Assembly (NCBI GenBank): GCA_964556745.1
Contig: CAZKXW010000007.1
Location: 21,028-85,027 of the forward strand
Direction: 5' to 3'
DNA: 64,000 bases
Source: an uncultured Anaerolineaceae bacterium
GTDB taxonomy: Bacteria; Chloroflexota; Anaerolineae; Aggregatilineales; Phototrophicaceae
Shown here: one piece after another, positions 28,725 through 37,072 of the stretch
Layout of the letters: the number at the start of each line of letters is the position of its first letter
Numbering within the stretch: position 1 is the first letter of the stretch
Position numbers and translations under genes: made by a program
The notes under the pieces: model-generated
What the model was told of the DNA's origin: nothing
What the model saw: only the letters and a program-made list of their open reading frames with translations
The model's database searches: none

Positions 28725-28800
28725 AAAACCCCTTCCTTGAATCGATAGATATACTGCTTTACCGCTGCCTAATGTTCAGGCGGCGGATTTTCAACCGCGG

Positions 28801-30141
28801 TCAGTCGGGCAGATCGCCCGGATCGACAATCACGTCCCGGTTGGCACGGCGCTCACTTCCATCGACTGCGCGCCGCGTCAGGAACAGGTCCTCGTTCTCG
28901 TGACAGGCATCACAGCTTTCGGTCTGGGGGGTGATGCGCTGGATGTTATGCGGCGTCGCGGGCACCCAGGTGGGCTGGTCATCGAAGTTCGGCAGCAGGT
29001 TTTCGCCGTAGAAGCTGAACGAGTCGGGCGCGATGGGTACATGGCGCACGGTCACGTACTCGTAAGGCCGTTCTTCGGTGGGATTCGGGTTGCGTCCAAT
29101 GTAGAAGCCCAGGAAGCTGTTTTCCACCGTGTAAAACGGGATGCCCTCTTCATTCTGCTCGACGTGGCAGTTCACGCAGTTGATGTACGTCGTGCTGTGG
29201 CAGACCTGGCATGAGAGATCATCCGGGTCATGAGCCGCGTGCATCTCGATCTCGGCGTCTTCATCACCGATCACGATATCCTCGTGGCAGTCCTGGCAGG
29301 CTGGTTCCTGCGCCCCGTCGTAGCGGCTGGTGACGCCGGGTTGAGCCATGCCGTGCATCGCATCGGCAGTATGGCACTCCATGCAGTCCATGCGCGCGCG
29401 GAAGTGAACATCGCTGGGCGCTTCTTCGTTCGCGCCGTAGTATTCATTTTTCACGCGGCTGCCGTGGCAGGCGGTGCACTGCCGCCCCATCGAGGGCGAC
29501 GGGCTGAAGACATGCCCGTTCACCAACCCGCCGCCGACGTTGGTCGGCTGGCTGACATGGCAGTCACCGCAGGAAGCATGACACTGATTGCAGTGATTAG
29601 ATTCCATTTCCTCGAGCGCGGCATGATTTTCAGGCGCGCTGCGGGCGTAGAGCGCAGCATCATACCCCGACAGGGTATTGTGCAGGCTGGCGAAAGCTGG
29701 CTCGGCCACGTCCACATGACAGCGGCCGCAGACTTCCGGCGTGGTAATGACTTCAGTCACGAGACCTTCGTGGGCGGCATCGAAATCATCCACCGATTGG
29801 CCGCCGTGGCATTCGGTGCAGTTGATATACGAATGAACGTCATCTCCAAACTTTTCGGCGTCGATCCAGACGCGCTCCCATGGCTCCACCGGAGCCACGG
29901 AACCCCCTCAGCCAGGCCCTGAAGACAGGGACTCGGCCTCCTCTTTTACCGGAATGGCTAACTCTTGTAACCGCGTCTGGTCGGTATGGCAGGCGAGACA
30001 TTCGGCATCTGTAAAGGGTGGGATGTCCTGAAGCGGACTGGCTCCAATGCGCGAAGGGGTGCTAACGAGAAGGGCGAACCCAACGGCGATCAGGGTGCTG
30101 CCTCCCGCGAGCAATGCCGAAAGCAGTCTGCGGTGTGGCAT
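28801..30141 (-). CDS. exported multiheme cytochrome c (11 CxxCH), probable selenoprotein with Sec at codon 78 (UGA at 29908-29910)
   Basis: ORFs 29908-30141 (signal peptide, CLACH) and 28801-29898 (10 CxxCH) are in frame: SSGPG-UGA-GGSVAPVEPWERV. A hairpin follows directly after the UGA. Confidence 0.82.
29876..29902 (-). promoter_or_regulatory. bacterial SECIS-like hairpin
   Basis: mRNA UUCCGUGGCUCC-GGU-GGAGCCAUGGGA forms a 12-bp stem (2 G-U pairs) with a G-led loop starting 18 nt after the UGA. Confidence 0.78.
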
Positions 30142-30228
30142 AGTCGGATCCTTTATGGGAAGGGCGCAAAATACTACAGTTTGACTTCCCAGTACCTTCA
30201 ACCCTATCAAAACCGCGCCGAGAGTCAT

Positions 30229-30266
30229 TAGTGACAAATGTCACAATCGGCAGTGAAATGTCACAT
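30229..30266. promoter_or_regulatory. tandem palindromic operator-like sites upstream of the cytochrome gene (Crp/Fnr- or Rex-like)
   Basis: TAGTGACAAATGTCACAA followed by CAGTGAAATGTCACAT; AATGTCACA repeats at 20-bp spacing. Confidence 0.5.
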
Positions 30267-30315
30267 TTTTTTACTGATTCAGGGAGTAATGAGGGGATGA
30301 GACGCGGCGGATGAG

Positions 30316-31272
30316 TCAGCCTGCCAACACACGCAGGAGTGTTTCCGGGTCTATATTGCCGCCGGTGAGGACGATGACCGTCGGACGGTCATCAAGCGGC
30401 AGCAGGCCGGATTGCAGCGCCGCGACCCCGACTGCTCCACCGCCTTCGACGATCCAACCGGCGTCGAGCGCCAGCCAGCGCATGGCCTGGGCGATAGCCG
30501 CCTCCTCGACCAGCAGCACCCGATCCACGACGCGGCGGGTCAGCTCGAAGGTGATCGAACCGGCCTCGATCTCGCCGGAAAGGGCTTCTGCCAGCGTATC
30601 GTAAATCTGCGGCAGCGATCCTCCGTGGATAAAGTTATAGAGTGCCGGGGTACAGATCGAACACACGCCAATGACTTCGATGGCTGGACTATACGCTTTG
30701 AGGGCCAGCCCGATCCCGCTGATGAGGCCGCTGCCGCCCGCTGGGACGACCACGCGGGCCACATCCGGCAGATCATCCAGAATTTCCAGCGCAACCGTGC
30801 CGCCTCCCGCCACGACCCGAGGATCGTTGTAGGCCGATACGAACGTCCAGCCTTGAGCGCGTTCCAGCCGCCGCGCTTCGGCCTCGGCTTCTTCATAGGT
30901 ATTGCCGAACAGGACAACTTCCGCGCTATAGCGCCGCACCCCTTCGACTTTGCGGCGGGGGGTATGGCCGGGCATGAGGATGCGGGCGTGGGTGCCCAGC
31001 AGGTGAGCAGCGTAGGCGAGGCCCTGCGCATGGTTGCCTGATGAGGCCGTGATGATGCCGCGGGCACGTTCTTCGGGCGTGAGGGCGAGCAGGGCATTCA
31101 GCGCTCCCCGCGCCTTGAACGAGTGGGTGCGGTTGGCGTTCTCCAGCTTCAGCCAGATGTGCCCACCTAGACCAGGAGCTTGTTCCAACAACGTCGGGCG
31201 CAGATAGGCGCTCAGACGGCTGCGGGCCAGATGAACATCGGCAGCGGTGACGATGGGATCGGGTTGAGACAT
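30316..31272 (-). CDS. threonine/serine dehydratase family PLP enzyme (no ACT domain)
   Basis: Motifs KLEN..RTHSFKARGA, ASSGNHAQG, PAGGSGLISG and TGGNID. Confidence 0.9.
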   Translation of the reverse strand: MSQPDPIVTAADVHLARSRLSAYLRPTLLEQAPGLGGHIWLKLENANRTHSFKARGALNALLALTPEERARGIITASSGNHAQGLAYAAHLLGTHARILMPGHTPRRKVEGVRRYSAEVVLFGNTYEEAEAEARRLERAQGWTFVSAYNDPRVVAGGGTVALEILDDLPDVARVVVPAGGSGLISGIGLALKAYSPAIEVIGVCSICTPALYNFIHGGSLPQIYDTLAEALSGEIEAGSITFELTRRVVDRVLLVEEAAIAQAMRWLALDAGWIVEGGGAVGVAALQSGLLPLDDRPTVIVLTGGNIDPETLLRVLAG

Positions 31273-31375
31273 GTGCAATCCTTAACGATGAGCTATGCCC
31301 GAAAGCACGGCATGAACGGCACGATAAGCTACAGCAGTGGTCAAGCTGGCCATGTATTTCTCTGGTCCCCAGCCC

Positions 31376-32482
31376 CTACCTTGGAGCGTGGTGGCGGTAG
31401 GCGTCAAGCAGGCGGGCGGCGGCAGCGTCCCAGGTGAAGCGCCGCGCCCGTTCCCGCCCAGCCACGCCCATGCGTTCCGCCAGCGCAGGATCATCCAGCA
31501 GTTGGAGGATAGCCCGCGGCAGTTCCTCGGCCAGACGCTCCTGACCGACCAGCAGCCCGGTGATGTTCTCCTCGACGGCCTCCTCGATGCCGCAGTCGCG
31601 CGTCCCGATCACGGGCAGCCCGGCGGCGCTGGCTTCGAGGTGCGCCAGCCCAAAGCCCTCGAACTTCCAGCCTTGGTTGAGTGAGGCGCCGGCGAACAGG
31701 CTGGCGCGACCATACCACCCAAGCAGTTCCGCCTCAGAAACCGAGCCGAGCAGTTGGACGCAACCGCCCAAGCCCAGCCGCTTGACAGCCGCCCGCACCT
31801 GGGTGGTATAGGTCGGCTCCGCATCCAGCGCCCCGGCGATCACGCACTGTGCCGCCGGGAATCGCTCCAACACGGCGGGCGTGGCTTCGACCAGTTCAAG
31901 TGTGCCGCGCCGGGCTTTGACTGCGCCCACCGACAGCAGAGTCGGCGGCCCGGCGATTCGGCGTGAGATCGAGGCGAAGCGTTCAATATCTACTCCATTG
32001 GGGATCACCTCGGTTCGCAGACCGGGCAGAACGCGCTCTGCGACCGAGGCGGTATAGCGGCTGACGCAGACCAGCGTGCCGCGCCGGAAGGCCCAGGCAT
32101 ACAGACGGTCGAGCGGCGGACGTTCGATCCGCGGCAGGTGGACATAGCTGCCGTGCCCAGTGATGAACAGCGGGCGGCTGCCTGCGACCCAGGCAGCCAG
32201 CGGCGCGTAGGGTTCCGCCGCGCAGTGGATCACGTCGCAGCGGCGCAGGGCAGCCCGCGCTGCCGGATACGCCGCCAGCAGCCGCAGCAAAAATCCACGC
32301 TGCCGGGGAACCAGCGTAGGCAGCAGCGGATGAATCCGCTCGGCGGTATCCGCAGATAGATTGGCCGCGCAGACCACCTCTACCGCAGCGCCTGCCCGTT
32401 CCAGCGCGGCGATTACGCCCTGCGCATAGCGTCCCCAGCCATGACGTGGAGAGAGATCGGTCGCCAGCACGCCAACGCGCAC
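31376..32482 (-). CDS. glycosyltransferase family 4
   Basis: IPNGVD and EGFGLAHLEASAAGLPVI. Confidence 0.9.
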   Translation of the reverse strand: MRVGVLATDLSPRHGWGRYAQGVIAALERAGAAVEVVCAANLSADTAERIHPLLPTLVPRQRGFLLRLLAAYPAARAALRRCDVIHCAAEPYAPLAAWVAGSRPLFITGHGSYVHLPRIERPPLDRLYAWAFRRGTLVCVSRYTASVAERVLPGLRTEVIPNGVDIERFASISRRIAGPPTLLSVGAVKARRGTLELVEATPAVLERFPAAQCVIAGALDAEPTYTTQVRAAVKRLGLGGCVQLLGSVSEAELLGWYGRASLFAGASLNQGWKFEGFGLAHLEASAAGLPVIGTRDCGIEEAVEENITGLLVGQERLAEELPRAILQLLDDPALAERMGVAGRERARRFTWDAAAARLLDAYRHHAPR

Positions 32483-35232
32483 TAGAGCACCTCCACCGGG
32501 TCGATGTCAATATGCCAACCACGCTGATGTTCCAGACCACGCAGTGCCGCTGCTGGATCGCTGCCGCGCAGCAGCACATGCCAGCGATAAACACCATCCA
32601 CCCGGCTGAAGAAACACGGAGCTGGGCCGATGATCTCCATGCCGGTGATCTGCCGTTCGGCCAACCGCGACCGCAGCAGCTGTGCCGCCAACTCGGCCTC
32701 GGAACGTGCCCGCGCCTCGCTGGCATCGCGAAAGACAATGCGCGCCAGCCGCCGGAATGGGGGATAGCCCAGATCGCGGCGGTAGGCGATCTCCTGAGCA
32801 TAGAAGCGCTGGAAGTCGTGACGGGCTGCCGCCTGCACCGCGTAATGCTCTGGCTGGTAGGTTTGCAGCACGACCCGCCCGCCCAATATACCGCGACCGG
32901 CCCGCCCTGCCACCTGGGTCAGCAGTTGAAAGGTGCGCTCGCCTGCCCGGAAATCCGGCAGGTTCAGCCCCATATCGGCGCTGACTACACCGACCAGCGT
33001 CACGCGCGGCAGGTCGAGTCCTTTGGCGATCATCTGCGTGCCGATCAGCACATCGGCTTTATGGTCGATGAAGCGCTGCAAATAGAGTTCGTGGGTTTCC
33101 GGGTTGGTGGCGGTATCGGCATCCCAGCGCAGCGTCCGCGCCTGGGGATAATGTTGGTGGAAGGCCTGCTCGATCTGCTGCGTGCCCGCGCCGAAATATT
33201 TGATGCGCTTCGAGCGGCAGACCGGGCACTCGGTCGGCTGCGGTGTCTGATGTCCGCAGCGGTGACAGCGCAGTGCCTCGCCCTGGCGGTGATAGGTCAG
33301 CGGGGTATCGCAGTTCGGGCAGGTGGCGGCTGTGCCGCAGTCCCGGCAGAAGACATAAGTCGCCTGCCCGCGACGATTGATGAACACAATGGCCTGTTCA
33401 CGGCTGCTCAGCACCTCTTTCAGCGCCGCGTCCAGCGACCGGCTGAAGATCGAGGTATTGCCGGACTTGAGTTCCTCGCGCATATCGACGATCTGCACGG
33501 GGGGCAAGTCAATGTGGAGCGCGTCCGGGGCGGGCGCGGGTGTATAGCGGGAAAGCAGCCCTTCGCGCTCGGCCTGTTCCAGGATGCGGATGCGGTGGCC
33601 AAGAATGCGGCTGGGCAGTTCCAGCAGACGCAGTTCGCCGCGCTGCGCCCGGTAAACTGTCTCCACGTCGGGCGTGGCGCTGCCCAGGATGAGGGTGCCG
33701 CGGTTCTGGCGCATCATCTGTTCGGCCACATCGCGGGCGTGATAGTAAGGCGTCTGCTGATCCTGCTTGTAGCTGGGATCATGCTCTTCGTCTAGAATAA
33801 CCAGCCCCACATCCGGCAGCGGTGTGAACAGTGCCGACCGCGCCCCGACGATCACGCTGACTGCGCCTTCCCGCGCCCGCCGCCAGGTATCGTAACGCTC
33901 GCCTTCGCTCAGGCGACTGTGGACGATGGCGACCTGACCGGGAAAGCGCCCAGCCACCCGCCGGATGGTCTGCGCCGTCAGCGCGATTTCGGGAACCAAG
34001 AAGATCGCGCCGCGTCCCTGCGCCAGCGTCAGTTCAATCGCTCGCAGGTAAATTTCGGTCTTGCCGCTGCCGGTCACACCATGCAGCAGGAACGATCCGG
34101 CCTGAGAGTCAGCGGCGGCGCGTCCCCAACCCCAGCCTTTGATGTGAGATTCGATGGCGTCCCAGGCAGCGGCCTGCTCGAGGGTGAGGGGCGGTGGCAG
34201 CGTGGGGATGAAGTCGCGGTCGGCCAGCGAATCACGCCAACTGGGTTTTTCACCCAGAACGACCAACCCTTCGTCTTCCAGGCGGTGCAGGTCGTCCAGT
34301 TTGGCTTCCGTCTGAGCATAAAGCCAACTGACTTCAATCGGCTCGCGCTGCCGCGCCAGCACTTTGAGGATATGCAGTGCCCTCTGGCCACCGCGCAGTT
34401 CGATCAATCTGGCATCAACCTGTTCGCGGGGAATCCGCAGCATGACCCGCGCCGGGCGAGTATCCCGGTTGATCGTCACCAGCCCCATCTCGTCCAGCTT
34501 CTTGAGCGGGCCGTCCGTGGCAACCCCGGCGCTTGCCAGCAGGTCGGTGATGGTGGGATCAGGCTGGCGCATGGCGGCTAGCGCTTCCAGCAGATCCGCC
34601 CGGCGCGAGTCCTTGCCGAGATGCCGCGCCACGGCGTCGATCTGGTTGGGGTGGATCGTCAGCGCTGCCGTCTCGACCGTGCGGGCACGGACGCGCGGCG
34701 GCAGCAGGATGCGCTCGACGTGGAGGATGCTCTCCTTCGCCAGCCTGTCGACCGCCGGACGCCAGTGCTTGCCCTGGAGCGGCCGGGCGGTGTCCAGCCG
34801 CCGCCCCAGCGCGACTCCGCCGCGTCCCCGCAGCCAGTCGATCACGGCCTGCTCGACGGCATCAGAACTGGTCGCCGCGTCATTCAGCAGCGTGATGCGA
34901 ATATCGCGTCCGCCGGTTATGCCCGGCGGGAGCATCAGCCAGAGGCACGGGCCAATAGGCATCAGGCTACGCTGGCTGATCCAGCGCCCCAGGTCGATCT
35001 GGGCGGTGGTCATCACTGGCTGTGGGTCGAGGATGGCGTGAATCGGCTTGGTTTCCTGGATGGCGGACTCATCGCGCAGCGCCACGATGATGCCGTGCTG
35101 CTGCGAGGTAGCGAAGGGAACCTGAACCAACTGGCCGACCTGCGCGAGACCGGCCAGTTCGTCAGGGAGGTGGTAGTCGAAGGTCTGGTGAACGGCGGCA
35201 TTCACCGCGATTTGCGCATACATGCCGCTCAT
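32482..35232 (-). CDS. priA: primosomal protein N' (replication restart helicase)
   Basis: GVTGSGKTE, DEEH, SATP, four CxxC pairs, TQMIAKGLD and QVAGRAGR. Confidence 0.96.
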   Translation of the reverse strand: MSGMYAQIAVNAAVHQTFDYHLPDELAGLAQVGQLVQVPFATSQQHGIIVALRDESAIQETKPIHAILDPQPVMTTAQIDLGRWISQRSLMPIGPCLWLMLPPGITGGRDIRITLLNDAATSSDAVEQAVIDWLRGRGGVALGRRLDTARPLQGKHWRPAVDRLAKESILHVERILLPPRVRARTVETAALTIHPNQIDAVARHLGKDSRRADLLEALAAMRQPDPTITDLLASAGVATDGPLKKLDEMGLVTINRDTRPARVMLRIPREQVDARLIELRGGQRALHILKVLARQREPIEVSWLYAQTEAKLDDLHRLEDEGLVVLGEKPSWRDSLADRDFIPTLPPPLTLEQAAAWDAIESHIKGWGWGRAAADSQAGSFLLHGVTGSGKTEIYLRAIELTLAQGRGAIFLVPEIALTAQTIRRVAGRFPGQVAIVHSRLSEGERYDTWRRAREGAVSVIVGARSALFTPLPDVGLVILDEEHDPSYKQDQQTPYYHARDVAEQMMRQNRGTLILGSATPDVETVYRAQRGELRLLELPSRILGHRIRILEQAEREGLLSRYTPAPAPDALHIDLPPVQIVDMREELKSGNTSIFSRSLDAALKEVLSSREQAIVFINRRGQATYVFCRDCGTAATCPNCDTPLTYHRQGEALRCHRCGHQTPQPTECPVCRSKRIKYFGAGTQQIEQAFHQHYPQARTLRWDADTATNPETHELYLQRFIDHKADVLIGTQMIAKGLDLPRVTLVGVVSADMGLNLPDFRAGERTFQLLTQVAGRAGRGILGGRVVLQTYQPEHYAVQAAARHDFQRFYAQEIAYRRDLGYPPFRRLARIVFRDASEARARSEAELAAQLLRSRLAERQITGMEIIGPAPCFFSRVDGVYRWHVLLRGSDPAAALRGLEHQRGWHIDIDPVEVL

Positions 35233-35346
35233 TCTAAAAGAGGTCTTCGTCCCGAATCAAATTCTCTGATTCTCACCCCCCAGTCCTCCGTCCACGAAGT
35301 GGACGAGCGGGAGCATCACAGGACCGGGAATGAAACGGGGGTCAGC

Positions 35347-35703
35347 CTACGGTTTGATCTTCTTGAGGAACGGAATGACCGCCTCGCGGCTCTGCAACTC
35401 GGTGATCGTATCCCGAACTGCGAAGAGCGCCTGCTGCTGATCGGGCGGGTAGCTGAACCCGATGGAATGGTGATCGTGACGGATGATGGTCAACTGCCAC
35501 CATCCCCGTGTCATGAACTGAGCCTGATGGACGTAGACACCCATGATGTAATGAAGGGGGATCACTTCCGGTTGGCCGAACAGCCGGGACAGGACATCGG
35601 TGCGGGTAATGACCAGCCTGTCGGGGTAGAGTTCAAGGGTGTGGAAGTAACCCTGGGCTGTTTTGAGCGGGGTCTGCGCTTGCGGGACTGCTGCCGTCGC
35701 CAT
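35347..35703 (-). CDS. small hypothetical protein (PH-like fold possible)
   Basis: ATG after AAGGAG; 118 aa with pattern LELYPDRLVITR...IPL..I..V. Confidence 0.6.
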   Translation of the reverse strand: MATAAVPQAQTPLKTAQGYFHTLELYPDRLVITRTDVLSRLFGQPEVIPLHYIMGVYVHQAQFMTRGWWQLTIIRHDHHSIGFSYPPDQQQALFAVRDTITELQSREAVIPFLKKIKP

Positions 35704-35863
35704 ACGCATCGCTCCTTGCATGGTTCCAGAGGAAACATGACAATCTGCCTTAACTTCATCATAACCGCTATACTGGGCAGACGAATAGGCGCTTTGGCAG
35801 GTTTCTGCGCCGCCAGATGTCACCCGATTCGGGCGAATCTTCGCGCGCGATAAGGAATGATCG

Positions 35864-37054
35864 ATGACTGACGACTACCGCCACATGCTTACTCAGGCTG
35901 TTCTGGACGAAGATACCTTTGTGCAGATGACCTGTAAGGGCAGCATTGGGCCGGGGATGCCCTGGCGCCTGGTCAGGGTGCGCCCGGTGCTGATCCGAGG
36001 GACACGCCACTGGCAGTTTTCGCACTTCGACGCCCGGCAGGATCACACCCGCAATTACACCGAGGCGGATGTTTCGGCGCGGCTGAATGAAGTGCTGGCG
36101 CTGCCGTTCAGCAGTATTCAGCTTGAGACAACGCTGGAGACGATCAACGTGCAGATCACCCGCAAAGGCAAGGCCATCCTGCACCGCAGCACGCCCCAGC
36201 GCGTCCACAGCGCTGATCTGCGCCACGACGCGCCCAAATACCTGCCGCTGCCGGATGGCCAGCCGGATGCCTACCTCCAGAAAACCGGCATCATGACTGC
36301 TGAGGGGCGCGTCAAAGCCGATATGCGTGACAAGTTCTACCAGATCAACGAATTCCTCAAGATGCTGGATCACACCGGGGTGTTGGAGGGTTTCGGCCAT
36401 ACACCCGTCCGCATTCTGGACTGCGGCTGCGGCTCGGCCTATCTGTCGTTTGCGGCCTACCACTACCTGAACGACATCCGCGGCATCCCGGCCAGCTTAT
36501 CCGGCGTTGATACCAATGCCGGGCTGGTCGAGAAGAGCAACGCCTACAGCCGCGATCTGGGCCTGAACGACGCCTGCTTCTATGCCGCGCCGATCATCGA
36601 CTTTGTGCCGGAAGCCGCACCGGACATCCTGCTGGCGCTGCACGCCTGCGATACCGCCACCGACGAGGCGCTGGCACTGGGCATCCGCCAGCAATCCCCG
36701 GTGATCCTATCCGTGCCCTGCTGCCACAAGCACCTGCACCGCCAGTTGGAATCGCGCGCTCCCTTCGACCCGGTGATGCGGCACGGCATCCTGAAGCAGC
36801 GCCTCGGTGACATTCTGACCGACAGCTTCCGCGCCTTGATTTTAAGGATCATGGGTTACAAGACCGATGTGGTCGAGTTCATCTCGTCGGAGCATACCAG
36901 CCGCAACCTAATGATCCGGGCCGTCCGGAGAGCCTCATCCGGCGCAGACCCCTTCGTGGACGAGTACCGGGCGCTCAAAGCCTACTGGAACGTCACGCCC
37001 TATCTGGAGACTCTCCTGGGCGAGTCCTTCGCCAGTCTGCTCTCCCTGCCCTGA
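35864..37054 (+). CDS. class I SAM-dependent methyltransferase
   Basis: KFYQINEF, ILDCGCGSAYL, LHACDTATD, PCCH and HTSRNLMIRA. Confidence 0.9.
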   Translation: MTDDYRHMLTQAVLDEDTFVQMTCKGSIGPGMPWRLVRVRPVLIRGTRHWQFSHFDARQDHTRNYTEADVSARLNEVLALPFSSIQLETTLETINVQITRKGKAILHRSTPQRVHSADLRHDAPKYLPLPDGQPDAYLQKTGIMTAEGRVKADMRDKFYQINEFLKMLDHTGVLEGFGHTPVRILDCGCGSAYLSFAAYHYLNDIRGIPASLSGVDTNAGLVEKSNAYSRDLGLNDACFYAAPIIDFVPEAAPDILLALHACDTATDEALALGIRQQSPVILSVPCCHKHLHRQLESRAPFDPVMRHGILKQRLGDILTDSFRALILRIMGYKTDVVEFISSEHTSRNLMIRAVRRASSGADPFVDEYRALKAYWNVTPYLETLLGESFASLLSLP

Positions 37055-37072
37055 AAATGTCTCAAACTCTGG

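Noticed and set aside
29908..30237. Separate 109-aa monoheme protein plus an independent 365-aa cytochrome
   Set aside because: The downstream ORF lacks a signal peptide, its GTG is buried in the hairpin stem, and the two ORFs are in frame across a single UGA. Readthrough is the simpler explanation.
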